From NCBI GenBank assembly GCA_003344405.1, contig NOWV01000171.1, positions 53,558 through 117,557 on the forward strand: a stretch of DNA of 64,000 bases, given 5' to 3'. Source of the stretch: Trichoplax sp. H2 (Eukaryota). This document shows, one piece after another, positions 1 through 12,616 of the stretch (the first letter of the stretch is position 1; each line of letters opens with the position of its first letter). Under the pieces are notes generated by a model that was not told the DNA's origin, ran no database searches, and worked only from the letters and a program-made list of their open reading frames with translations. The translations under genes were made by a program, and so were the position numbers.

Positions 1-935
1 TTAACAAGCTTAAGAAGTGATAAAATGATATGGCTACTACTTACTAACAAAACTACTACTTAAGTAAATGATGCAATAAATTATTATCAATTAAGTATCA
101 ATATTAGGCCAATCTTACAAAATCTACATCGATGTATATAGTTAAAATGTCAATTCTGATAACATTACTGCTCGATAATTTAAATTGATCGGGAAAGATT
201 TTAGATTATAATAGATCGATGATAAGTATACAATATAATACTGTTAAAACACGTGCTTATCTAGGAATATGGCGGTAATTTCTTATTATTGTGTCGTTAG
301 TTTTCTTAAAACTGACTTATGATTATTATTTGTACATATATGCTGTAATGATAGGTATTTCGATCCAATCGTAAAAACTGATAGTAGCTTCAAGTACGAA
401 TCATTACGGGAGCTTAAAAATAGATACTATTATTTTTAATGGATTGTCTTCAGTAATGCCTTGAATCGGCTTGAATGACCGGATCGAGATTCAGTCGTTT
501 AGATGGAGCGTACTCTATATCGAAAAATTCGAGGTTTCTATATTTAAATACAATATAGACAACATTCAGTTATCTCAGTAAAATAAGACACCTAAATCGG
601 TATCAGAGTGAGCCATAACTAAATTTATGCAAATTATAGATCCAGTGATGTCATTTCCTTTACGATAGTTAAACTTGTTATATTTCAAGTACTAAATAAA
701 ATCAAAATAATGTAAATACTACGATAATATTTCGTAGCATAAGCAACGATTTTGTAATATCATACAAAGGTGATCACGTCGCCATGCTATCATATACAGT
801 ACGTCATTAAGTGTACGTTAAGTAAGTTTGTAACAATTATATCACAAATATCGCTACATTTTACAATTAGCAACCCTATCAATAACAGGTAATAGTATAC
901 GTGTCTTATAAATAACAGTATTGACCGAGAATTGT

Positions 936-3900
936 TTACCAGCTAAAGATATTCTTTTTTTGTGTAACTTTCGCCTTTTTGCCATTATTGCCATTATCGT
1001 TATAACTTGGATGGATAGTTGAACGAATTCTTACTCTCTTTTTATTAGAGCATGAGTGATAATTTGAAAGCCCATTAGAGTCATTTATTGCGGTCGAACT
1101 ATTAATATATGAGGTTGCAACATTAGCAAGTGTGGTTAGTTCGCAAGCAACCACGGGAGGCATATTGAAGTCCTCTGTTGATTGAGACGGAGAGACTTTC
1201 TTGGATCTTTCTTCAGAGGCGGCTACAGCAGCACAAACCAAACTTTCAAAGGAATTTTCTAAATTAAATAATGACAATAATAAGTCAATTGTACATCATC
1301 AAGAAATTGAATTGAAAGATAGAAAATATGGGCATAAAATTCTTGTAATTTATCTATAACAAAGCAAGGTAAAGAAAGTGAAGAAAATATATTACCTTGA
1401 GTGAGATGATTTGTGTTAGTACGACGTGGTATAAATAGTTCATCATTGGTAGACGATTCAGAATTACTACCTACGAAGGTATTTCTAATTTAATCTAAAT
1501 TTTAATACAATAGCATAAGAAAGTTAACTCACTGTCATGCCGATTAAATTTTTCTGCATGTTTTTTCAGCGAATCAATAATGTCATCATTAGCAGTCTCA
1601 TTTGCTATGTCTAGAGGGCTTCGACCAAACTAATAGTGCATAAAATAGATAAAAATTAATCAAAGAAGATAATTAATTAAATGATATTGAAGGAATGAAA
1701 CTATTATTTTACTGTAACATTATCAATGAGACATACTTTATTCTTGATATGAACGTGAGCTCCACTGCTTAGTAATAGCTTCACAATATCAGCGTGTTGA
1801 CTTTGTACTGCCCAGTGTAGAGGTGACATGCACAACTTGAAAAAAATATATATCTCATTATGATAAAAAATTTGGGCATGTAAATGTTACTATTGTTACG
1901 TATGTTGCCTAAACGTCATACTCATTTAAGATTAGCAACATATGGATCATACAGTAACGTACAGTAGTTACAATGGTTAAGAATACTGGTATCGTTACTG
2001 AAAGGTTTTTTATGCAGAATACGATCCTCGCATCTTGTTATAGCGTTTAATTGAGTACTGAACATTTCATAACTTCTTTTTGTACGAATCAATATACGCT
2101 ACTATCATACTGTACATTGCAGGCTATCCCGTTATCACCGTATACGAGTATGGTATCATAATGCTACTAGAGTAGTTAAAATCAATTAAAAATATATAAC
2201 TCAGCAGATACGTCAATTGATATATAAATCAATAAATCAGTGATTATTTACCATATCTCGACAGTTGACAGTTGCACCACCAACAATTAGTAAATTTACA
2301 ATCTCATAGTGGCCTTCTTGAGCTGCGACGTGTAAAGGTGTACGATCGACCTGAATAAGCAAAGATGTCTACAGCATTATATTATTTTCGAGGGTAATAT
2401 ATAACACACAGTAAGGCTCACAAATGTATCATACTACTGTAAAACATAAGACATCGTGATATAGCTTTACAAAGATAATTTAATTACTTTTCAATCATAG
2501 GTTGTACGTTCTATAATCATGCACTCTACCGTAAAACTGCAGTATTTTGTATATCGTCTATAGATAAAGCTTTTCATACTTGTAAAGTAATTTACAGTTT
2601 GGTATACAGTGCTACCAGTGTAGTATCGGAACAGATCTGTTCTATCAAGTTACACGGAATTGAGTATAATAGTAACGCATGATTTCTTTAATAGAATGGT
2701 CTTGCTCAAAGTTAAGGCATTATGTCGTGATTCTGGTAAGATTTGGTTTAACAAGATACACGATTACTAAAGACGAACTTATCAGCAGATAGGGGGGTGA
2801 GTAAGAGTTATCGTACAGTATACCAATTAATTAGAACTGTCGCTACCGATAAATATTTAGAATACAGTGAAGTCTATACGACAGTAATCCCTCCTAAATA
2901 GATATTATTAACGAAAATATTACAAGTACTGAGCTATTATACCAGTTATAATTATGATTCAGTTAGAGTAATTAGTTATCTACTCATCCATTATTATCCG
3001 ATTAGTCTATATCTAGGTCATTATATTTACACTAAAGTTACGTAATAAAAAACTAACTGTACAAATAACTTGAAAATTAACATTTTTTGCAGGATAGATG
3101 CAGCTACTGTACGAAAGAAGTTAGCGATTATCAAAGAAAGAATTTTACTTTAGTGTCTACACATTGATAGATCCACTTTTTCATTGCATTACACTAGTCC
3201 TTAAATTTGATTATTTTTACAAAACTTGTTACTGTTGTAACAAGTTGATGCACATGTCTGCATATGCGTTAAGTGACTCTTTACTCTATGCTCATCGGTT
3301 ATTATCTTCTGGATTCTGGGTTATACAATACTACTTTTAAGGATTCATTGCTGTTTCTTAATGCCGATATTTAGTGCGCATATCATTGCAATGCATCGAC
3401 GATATTTAGTGAGCATATCACTGCAATGCATCGTATTTGCTAACCTTTGTTCTGGCATCCTTACAAACGCCAGCCCGTAATAAGATTTCTGCTGTCTTTG
3501 TATGACCATGCCTGGCAGCAAAGTGTAAAGGTGACGTGCCAAGCTAAAGTAAAGTATTGGAAAACGAAAATTAGAACTGCTAAACAGTCCATTTATGATC
3601 CGTATCAGATAATGAGCTGTGAAGTGCACTCCGATAAAAGATGATATGCCAAGCTAACGAAAATTAAAACTGCTAAATAGCCCATTTATAATCCATATCA
3701 GATATTAGGCTGTGAAGTGCACTCGGGTTTATTGTAAGCACAGTTTTTTACGAATAATGTTTTATTCTGCGCATTTCTATATCAAACTTTTAAGGTAATA
3801 ACGCTAGACTATTGGCAGTAAATAATTATTCACTACCCAATCGGCTTGGAAAGGGGCTCCGGATGTCATCAGTAAGCTGACTTCTTCCTCACGACCTTGG

Positions 3901-4064
3901 CGAGAAGCATCCAAAAGTTTTTTACCAAGATCTGCTACTGATGAAACTTTACTTTCGTTACCCGCTAGAGAGTTAGCTTTATCTGTAGATTTACGAAAGT
4001 AAGTTTTTACAAATAAAATATTAGAAGTGCAATGATTGAGTAGAGAATAGCGAGCTACACACAT
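936..4064 (-). CDS. Ankyrin-repeat protein gene (multi-exon). Exons mapped on the minus strand: 3837-4064 (N-terminus, ends ...SGAPFQADW), 3445-3543 ([33 protein letters not shown], 33 codons), 2252-2350 ([33 protein letters not shown], 33 codons), 1737-1835 ([33 protein letters not shown], 33 codons), 1533-1629 ([32 protein letters not shown]), 1396-1470, 936-1258 (C-terminus ...KKNIFSW*). Further exons between 2350 and 3445 are possible.
   Basis: Translating the minus strand gives repeated 33-residue ankyrin consensus units (xGxTPLHxAAxxGHxxIVxLLLxxGAxxNxxxx). Each is bounded by AG acceptors and GTAAGT, GTATGT or GTGAGT donors. Intron phases are consistent from exon 1737-1835 to the stop at 936. 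The six-frame ORFs 3804-4064(-) and 936-1277(-) supply the terminal exons. Confidence 0.7.
3355..3432. repeat. Short tandem repeat of about 36 bp, two copies ('atatttagtg[cg]gcatatca[tc]tgcaatgcatcg'), in an ankyrin-gene intron.
   Basis: Seen directly: 'cgatatttagtgcgcatatcattgcaatgcatcga' is followed by 'cgatatttagtgagcatatcactgcaatgcatcg'. Confidence 0.6.
3536..3730. repeat. Intronic tandem duplication, two copies of about 105 bp (3536-3640 and 3645-3730). The 5' end of the 3445-3543 ankyrin exon overlaps copy 1 at 3536-3543, whose downstream part carries that exon's polypyrimidine tract and AG acceptor (3544-3545), so the duplication copies a 3' splice site.
   Basis: Direct comparison: 'tgccaagctaa(a/c)g...aaactgctaaa(c/t)ag(t/c)ccatttat(g/a)atcc(g/a)tatcagata(a/t)t(g/a)(a/g)gctgtgaagtgcactc' occurs twice in tandem. 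The acceptor AG and the first 8 nt of the ankyrin exon (minus strand: ctttag|CTTGGCAC) fall inside copy 1 and are reproduced in copy 2. Confidence 0.6.
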
Positions 4065-7000
4065 GGCTGCAGAATTGCAATATTGAATAAAATGTGATCA
4101 AAAGGTACATTTTTAACTGATATATAGCTTTTCAAGGTTGATGAATTGAGAGTAGGAAAATAAAGTATTAGTTGAATTGACTCAAGCTAAACTTACTGAA
4201 TCAGTGATTAATGTCTAAATTAACAGGAAAGTGCTGTACGCGCAGTAGATAATCACAGGCTATTAATAACTTATACGTATATTTACAGCTAACAAAGGCT
4301 AGATCATACTACAAGGAAGTACTCCCGCCGAGCCAAGGATGTATGGTAGTGACTACGGTACTATGATATGACTACGATTTACAACTATTGACTAACTGAG
4401 CTGGTATTGTTCCAATAAGTATTGTTGTTTTCTTTCCGTTCGTGATCATTGAGTTAAGTTCGTGATCGAGATTCAATTTTACTTTGCAATAATAAAAATG
4501 AACTACGTATCAACAAATTAACCATTGCCATTATTGAAATAAAATATCCGACTGGGAGATATTGTGATTCATACAGAAGTTATGATTACTTCTCAGAGCC
4601 CATGAATATACGCGTAGTATACGCGTATACTAGTGATGAAGTTACATCTTCAATCATAGAGGATTGAAGAAGTTATCATGAGAATTATACTTTTACGCAT
4701 ATTTTGATACAATTGTGAAAATTTGAAATTGTTGTCTACAGCTATGTCTACTGTAAGTAAGTATAAATGGACAACAATTGTATGGCGCAGCCTGACGGAA
4801 AGTGAATGCATTGGCATACGCATATCTTCTTGTCTACGATTTATTATCTCTTATAATTTAAACACCGACATTATTGAACAATGCAACTGCGTCTGTTGAC
4901 GTCTAAAAGTAGAATGAATACATTAGCACACCTTATGGGCTTCATTAGTTAAAACTAAACTTTAATCTGATAACATTTGAAAACTTTCAAATGAAATATT
5001 AAGGGATAATTTGGGAAGAGTTGTGTAGTAATAGCATGCAATAGAGTAAGATTTTCAAAAAATTATAACACACCAGTATTTAGGTGTGCATGTGACTACA
5101 TTTTTCGACGAGAGAATTTGATTTATGAAAGGAATGATTAATCTACAGTATTCTATACCGACGACGATCATGACTCTCTTCATAGGTGATACTTTTAAAT
5201 CCTAGTATTTCAATGTACAGTATTTCATTTTCATTGCTTTGTATTCTAGATCGGTATACAACATAGGCGAGTAGCTTAACCTAGTGGGAATAATCGCCTT
5301 CCAGGGTTGTTTGTAATAAGTAAACATCCTACTTGCGAATGGACTAGTTAGTAATGATCACAGCTGACTTTGAAAATGCACACAAGTGGGTATCAAGAAA
5401 TAGAAATACAGTAATGTATTATTATGAATAGTGTTTTTAAAAAGTTAATGCATTCTACTTTCTATACCAAATTGCAGATTACAGAATATCATTGTAAAGT
5501 AAATAATATCTTAAGATTTATACTTTAAGGTGAAAGATATAAACAGATCAATTTAATAACATCGATACGTATCCACACATATATTGAACTACTCGTTCAC
5601 TTGCCATTCTTGCTTTCATGCGGCATCTTGCATTGCAAAGTAGTCACGAATGAATCAAATGTTACGGTTCAAGTGAATATAGAGGAGGAAATATCCTAAA
5701 AAAGTATAATTTCAAGATTCATGGTTATCTTGAGAAATACAGAAAAGATTTGATATGTTTACGTTGCTATTGAGACAGTACAGTACTGTAGGGACTATTC
5801 ATCAGAGAAAATACGGTACTGTATATCCGAGTTGGATATTGAGCTATGGTAGATATTGGATGCAACATGGTTACAACTGCTCATGTTATAGATCAACTAA
5901 AAATGGTTTTACTATCTGGGGTCCAAACATACATTACACGTTAAGTCGAGTTGAGCCATTAAGTGATACTACTGAAAAATGGTTTAATCTTTGCTTGGAC
6001 TAACTGTAAATCTCCAAGTATTGGTACAAAATACAAAATATAAAAATAATCAATACAGTCATTTCAGAATAATAGCATTGGAAAAGCTGCAATAATAATG
6101 AATAGCCTGTCATTGGAAGATGGCTAGATAAAGTTACCTAATGATTCAATGAAAAAAAAGATACTCTTGTATCGACGACGATTTCTTAACTGTAAAATCA
6201 AAATGTTATCATGTCGATAAGGGCATCGTATCATTTAAAAAGTAAAGTACAGTAGTTGATGATCACCTTGATATTGGTATTTTGGACTGGGAATAGCGAG
6301 TTGTGACACAGTCAATCACTCATACGTTTACACGTACCTTCTTTTACAAGGCAATCGTTTTCAATTGTCTGATCCACAATCTTAATTCACGGCTACTTGG
6401 ACAGGTTAACTGCGTGATCATAACCAGATTTGGAAATAAATTGTTACTTGAATATTATGCTATAGAAACGTTTCATTTTCTAGAATTTTCACTTCAAATT
6501 CCTTTCTTACAAAGTGATGGCACTCACACTGGCGCTGTCTGACATCTGCGGACTGTAGAGTATCCGGTACGGCCTTTCATCGATTTACACTCCTCCTACA
6601 GTACAGTCGGTAACCAGAGTGCAATACTGTAAAGTGTATAGTGTACGTGTCTACTGTCTACAGTATACTACCGTGTCACGAACGACGGAAAAGAAAGAAC
6701 TTTCTTTCAAAAAAGTGACAAAAATGGCTGTTTGTCAAGGGTTTTTTACTGGTAAAGACACCATGACGTCAGCTAACTCAGATACAGAAAATGAGATTTA
6801 GCGTCTAGGGTTAGGATTAGGCTTTGGCTAAAGAATTACTACTACTACAGTATTGCCTTCATTGAAGTTGGCTTGCCATTCTAAGGCTTGTCCACCGTCT
6901 GAAGACAGATGGCTAGACGGACACCGATCTTGAAATGATCAATTGAATGCAATATACTGTACTCTACAGTATGTCCAATTCAGGGCAAGTACTGTACTGT

Positions 7001-7419
7001 ACTGTACTTGCGAGCATGTCAACCCGATTAACCAGAATACGGTACGTGCCAACTAGTTGGACTATGGACCAGAATGTGGAAAAAGAGTAACTTGTAGTAT
7101 GGATCTTCTGTATCTTTTTTCTTACTCTCTACCATGAATATGGATAACGTTATGCAACTGTTTTCAAGCAGAAATGATTGAAAATAAAACAGGATTCAAT
7201 GAAATATTACTTACAGTTAATCTGTGGAAATAAGTCTATGACGGAATGGTGATATTGGCGAGTGGAAATTGTAGCAAAAATTTGAAGACGATACAGCATC
7301 TGTCCATAAGTCCGACCGTCTGAAGATATTCCAGTCTGCACTACTACCCAGTTTAGTCCATGTGCCACCAACGTCTCTGACATAATACAGTACTCTCCAT
7401 CATACTGTATAAGTACTAT

Positions 7420-7440
7420 TTGCTGCTGAGTCAGCAGCAA
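7420..7440. promoter_or_regulatory. Perfect 21-bp palindrome TTGCTGCTGA-G-TCAGCAGCAA containing a T-MARE / antioxidant-response-element core (TGCTGAGTCAGCA, with TRE TGAGTCA at 7427-7433), about 225 bp upstream of the riboflavin kinase ATG.
   Basis: Read directly from the sequence. It matches the established Maf recognition element (TGCTGA(C/G)TCAGCA) and ARE (TGACnnnGC) consensus. Its position relative to the RFK start codon at 7660 suggests a promoter element. Confidence 0.4.
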
Positions 7441-7659
7441 CCTTTACTCGATTCCACAGATTGGACCTCAACTTCCATTCATCTTGTTCGTCGGGCTGGT
7501 GGTTGGATTAAACTCTTGTCCTATTTCATTTTTGTATCGAATTTGCTACTCATTTCAACGTCTTGAAATTGCTGAATTCTGCCTCTTACCCTTAACCAGC
7601 GCCGTATACTTGTTATTAGTTGTTAATTTAATTATCAACCTACTTCCTTCAAGTCAGCA

Positions 7660-7753
7660 ATGACAGGAATACTTGCAAAGTTGCCTGCCTATGTAAAAGG
7701 AACGGTGGTCAAAGGCTTCGGTCGAGGCAGCAAAGAGTTAGGGATTCCAACAG
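7660..7753 (+). CDS. RFK: Riboflavin kinase exon 1 (MTGILAKLPAYVKGTVVKGFGRGSKELGIPT; donor GTACTG).
   Basis: It carries the flavokinase signature GFGRGSKELGIPTAN. The ATG at 7660 is in frame, and a GT donor follows at 7754. Confidence 0.85.
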
Positions 7754-8848
7754 GTACTGCATGTTGATCATGAAGTAATAGACAATCTACCCTATACAGT
7801 CAACTCTTATCAGTCCTACGTTAAGTTAATACGTTAATTTAGTCTGCTAAGTCATTTGCACCTTTCAAGATTGTTAACTGATACTTGTGATTCTGATCCT
7901 TTATGCCACAGTAGTAAATAACAATAAAGTGTGTTATAATTAATTTATTAATCATTATTATTGCCAATGTTGTTTCAGCAAAGCCTACAAAAATCCATGT
8001 TGAAGGGATAGGCCCTATTGCTCATGTTACTATTTACAAATAGTTTCTCAAGATTGTACTTCACTAGCACTAGGGATTACTGCTGTAGAATAAAAGAAGG
8101 TGCAAATAATCTGATCAAAATGACTTCAATTAACTGACCGAGATCATTTTCAGGATCTGTATACAGTACACTTATAATTCAATACATAATGTCAAGTCAA
8201 AGCTTTGCTGCATTTATAGTTAATGGCCAAGATCTTGTACTTTGGACTATTAAATAGTGCAATACTGTACAGTGTACGCGTATAAACCATTCACATCGAT
8301 TTATCGCTCAACTCGATCATATCACTTTTAATCTTAGATATACAAGTCATATATATTTAACTCTTGATTCGAATTCATAGTCCAGAAGATTATATATTCA
8401 GATGCGATGCACTGGATGCTCATCGAAATCAAAGCATTCGTACTAGTACTGTGTATAAGTCATTGTTGGGACGTATTACTGCATATCATAGGTAGCCTGT
8501 ATCTGTGTCTACATATCGCAGTATACGTAAACTCTAAAAACAAGTTACTACAGTAGTTACCAACTAACTTAGTGCAGCCTTTAGAGGCGCCTAGGGGCCA
8601 TATATCGTTGCGCCAGCTCATTCACCTTGGCATGAAGGTGAATACTGTAGTGCAAACCAATTGTACGTCTTAAAATTTTAGCCTCTACTAAATTTTGATA
8701 TTCTCGAAAATTCAACATCAACAGTAAAATAAAATAAATAAATGCAGAATTGATTGTAGTAAATATTAAGCTTGACCATGGCAGTGAATTAAACAGAATT
8801 TCTTGAAATTAAATTTTCTTCTTGTACTATTGCACTAATCATACGTAG

Positions 8849-9000
8849 CGAACTTTTCGGAAAATGTAATGGAATCATTAGCTGGAGATACTGGAAATGG
8901 AATATATTTTGGCCTAGCGGCGGTTGATGACAGTCCGGTTCATAAAATGGTAATGAGCATTGGCTGGAATCCATACTATAAAAATACCAAAAAGACCATG
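8849..9000 (+). CDS. RFK: Riboflavin kinase exon 2 (..ANFSENVMESLAGDTGNGIYFGLAAVDDSPVHKMVMSIGWNPYYKNTKKTM).
   Basis: The AG acceptor sits at 8847-8848. Phase is consistent with exon 1 (G + CG gives Ala, producing PTANF). The segment is closely colinear with human RFK (ANFPEQVV...GIYYGWASV...HKMVVSIGWNPYYKNTKKSME). A GTAAGC donor follows at 9001. Confidence 0.85.
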
Positions 9001-9207
9001 GTAAGCTCGTTGAAAATCATTATCGGTGTTGGTAGCGGATACCTTTATTCGTTTTGCTATTATTTACCTAGCTAAAACTACTTACAAGATCGTAACTTGA
9101 TAATACACCAACACTTGATCATACGAGTATACTAAATTCATAGCCAAATTGGCTTTCTATCTTGTAATTTAATGAATTGAATTAAATATTAACTATTTTG
9201 CTTATAG

Positions 9208-9310
9208 GAGGTACATGTAATTCATGACTTTGAAAATGATTTCTATGGTTCGGAGCTACGGGTTATTGTACTAGGACACATTAGACCAGAAAAGGATTTT
9301 TCTTCCCTAG
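9208..9310 (+). CDS. RFK: Riboflavin kinase exon 3 (EVHVIHDFENDFYGSELRVIVLGHIRPEKDFSSL).
   Basis: Acceptor is ttatag|GAG and donor is GTAAGA at 9311. It matches the human RFK segment THIMHTFKEDFYGEILNVAIVGYLRPEKNFDSL. Confidence 0.85.
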
Positions 9311-9707
9311 GTAAGAATTGAAAGTAGTGTTACTACAGTATTTGGCTTTATTTTATCCGCCTTGGAAAGTGAAAGGGTTTAGATTTCTACCTTGAAGGCA
9401 CAACTTTACGAGTTACTTTAACAAGATGCCATTCCTTATGTGATTCAGTAACTAGTTATTAGATCATATCGTAATAGTCCTCAGTATTCGTTGTAACACT
9501 TCCTATTTGATTCTAGTTACCATTACGTAAGCATCGCAATGATACATTACAGTAAATACTGTCTGTACAGTCAAATATGGATTTTGCTAACAATTTACTC
9601 GAGGCAATTTTTACTGCACTCTGACGTTACTTCAGTAACGTCTACCGGTGTGAAAGTACTTTATTATCCATTCTGAGTAATATTTCTTCTATTCTATGAT
9701 GATATAG

Positions 9708-9826
9708 ACCAGCTTATTGCCGAAATACACAATGATATCAGAATTGCAAAAAGTAGATTAGAAGAACCAACTTTCAAAGCATACTATGAAGATCCATTTC
9801 TGACCAAGAACTCTACGAATAAATAG
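9708..9826 (+). CDS. RFK: Riboflavin kinase exon 4 (DQLIAEIHNDIRIAKSRLEEPTFKAYYEDPFLTKNSTNK*). Total CDS is 468 nt, 155 aa.
   Basis: Acceptor is gatatag|AC with consistent phase. It matches the human RFK C-terminus (ISAIQGDIEEAKKRLELPEHLKIKEDNFFQ). The TAG stop is at 9824-9826. Confidence 0.8.
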
Positions 9827-12616
9827 ATTGATTATATTATTAATTATTGGTGTGCAATATCCAGCAAAAACACAGTGAACGTAATTGATTTTCGAGATTG
9901 GATTAATTCTATAATGATTGAAATATCGCACAAGGTATCATAATTTTAATCGCTTGTAGACTTAAACCAAATAATAATGAGTTTGATTTGACCTAAATTT
10001 TTACGTAAAATATCTCCGTTACTGTCTGGTACGGGTGATGCAAATCTAAATAAGAAAATAGCGCACAATAATGTTTGAAAAGTTATTATGTTCGGTAATG
10101 TTACAGTATCTTAAGTAACATTAAAAAAATTTTTTAATTACTATAATATAATTGTTGATATTATTCCAATTCATTTTTTTATATAATTTATTTCGCTGTA
10201 AATTAACAATAAATGTAGTGGGTTTGAAACTGCTGTAACTTCAATTTCGCGATATTACAGAACTTTTGGCACATCAAAACCCGTGACAAAGCCTTGCACT
10301 ACAGGCTCAATCTCATTAGCATACCGTATTGATTGAAAGCGTCGCTTCATCGGGTCAGCTCTCACGCTATTATACTGTAATATAGTTAGATTTCTAAGGT
10401 GAGAGCGATTGCACACCATTCGTTAATTTACACTTTACGCTATTGGAGGCTGAGATAAAAATCTAAAAATATCTCACACTTTCGAATAAGTTACAAGACG
10501 ATGACATGCCATTATGCTTATTTACCGATAAATCAGTCAGATGCTATACTGTGTACAACATTAGAACGCATATAAATTATAGCAAATTTCTATGAATGAT
10601 GATGGCACTCGCAGAAGTGTTCAGGAATGTCCATAGACTTTTATTTTATAATATTTTGGCGAACAAAAGAAGGAAATTTTCACTCTATTTCAGGTTAACT
10701 TGCTAAGTTCAGCATAAAGGTGCAATTCAATAGTATATTTGCAAATAATTATTTAATTCCAAATAGGACGAAAATACTTTATCTATAACAACTGCAACAA
10801 CATAATTGTTAAAATACTATAAACAGTCCTCAAAAAACCATTTGATGCATATGTAAAAACTTCAATTAGAACTTAGGGTGATCACTAAGGGAGTAAATTT
10901 AAATAGTATTCATGACTCTCCAAACACATCTGAAAGTCTTACTAGCCGTGAATATGTGTGCTTTGTAACTGAATAATGGGCTAATTACCGTTACTAAGTG
11001 ATTTGGGAAATAAGCCTTGCCGAACATAGTCCTGTAAAATCTAGTGAAGTAAATCGTGTAATAGCATACCATAAAATAAGATATTTTCATATTCGATGCA
11101 CAAATATAATAAGAAAAAGTTTAGTAATGAATGTGTGTATTACATACCATTCTCAAAGATTCCGTAGTTAAATTTGGATACTCGTATGTAAATCCTGATT
11201 TCTCAATTTTTGAGCCATCAACATATAAATGTTTGTTGTATAATAACTCCTAAATACATTAAGAGTCCAACATATAATAAGATAGTATGCTATGTTAGCA
11301 GACAAAACGATAACAATAGTAGTGGTACGCGTACTTTACAAATTTCTTATACAAATTAGCTATTTTGAGCGAAATATGAAGAATTTTACTTACCTGATCT
11401 AAGTAAGGGCTTAACGGTGTATTCGTAATGTTATCTCTTTTGCAAGCCTTTGACCACGGTTCCATGTGCTTTTCATTTGATTCTTCCGAAATAGTGGAAA
11501 TTCCTAGCTACAGTGAAAAGATCCGAAAATATATAACCTGTTACGACTCTGAATACGCCTACTGTGAACGATTTGTTTCACTAAATTTCTATATTTTATT
11601 CGTACGTATTTCAATTTACCGAAGCTAAATTTGACATAACGGTATTAAAGTAGTCGTGCTTTATTCCAAATATCTCCGATATACATTGACTGATAAAACC
11701 TTGAGCTAAGCATATGCAAAAACAACAAACAAAAAATTAATATCTTAACAATAAATAAATTGCATGTAATTATACAGTAGCCTCCAAATTGAAAGTCAAC
11801 TTGATTTCGTAGACTTCCAAACTTAAACTAACTTGTATCTCCCTTATCAGCTAAATTGTAAACTTCGCCTTTTTTTCCATGTATACATACATGCCAAATT
11901 GCACGGCACACATCGTGAACATGTACCGTGTTCAATCGGAGATCACGTCCCCACAATAACTATATAAAAGTCAGAAAATAAAATTTAAATTTAAAAAAAA
12001 TTTGTTGCTATGCCTTAAGTATACTATATTATATCATAGCAATCCAATGCCAAGAACCTTCATCTTTTCATCTAGTTCTTTGTACACAGCTCCGATAATC
12101 AAGCGTGGTGCTACTCGGAACAAAACGTTACATTGTAAGTATGAGTCGTAACTATATTTGTTAAATTATTTCAATATAGCCATTTCTAGTACGGACAGAT
12201 TAAGAATTAAGGCAGCAAAAGTAGAGCAAGCATACTTAAGCTTTGGCGGTCTCCAAGACCATAAATAATTGCTGGTCTCAAAATTGCGTAATTTAGTCTG
12301 TCAATTGTAAAATTTAGGTGCCATATATACCAAAAGTTAATACTTTATAAAGATTTTAATTGTTTATATGTACATATATTCGCATAATAAGTATATTTAT
12401 CAAAGTATCACCTACCCTGAGATACTTTCCAACCCCTTTTCTGCTTTTAACTTATATTTTGCTATTCCTGTCCACGGATTGAGTTTAGATTCTTCATTAC
12501 TTCTTTTCTATAATTACCAAGTAGGTAGAAATATTAAAAAGGTTGATTTACTAATTTATATTTAGCATTATGAAAGCATTTCAGACTGCTTTGAGATAGG
12601 CACAGCCTATTTATTA

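Noticed and set aside
5755-6801. ORFs at 5755-6003, 6303-6542 and 6619-6801 in the ankyrin-RFK intergenic region
   Set aside because: No domain-level similarity, compositionally biased, and no convincing splice sites. Treated as non-coding.
7979-8040. Possible extra RFK exon ('AKPTKIHVEGIGPIAHVTIYK') inside intron 1
   Set aside because: It is not colinear with any RFK segment. The exon 1 to exon 2 junction (PT-A-NF) already reconstitutes the conserved GIPTANF motif in frame.
10263-10358. Short ORF / possible structured RNA ('gctctcacgc...gtgagagcgattgc' inverted repeat)
   Set aside because: The 31-codon ORF has no recognisable similarity, and the inverted repeat is only 8 bp. Insufficient evidence for a gene or ncRNA.
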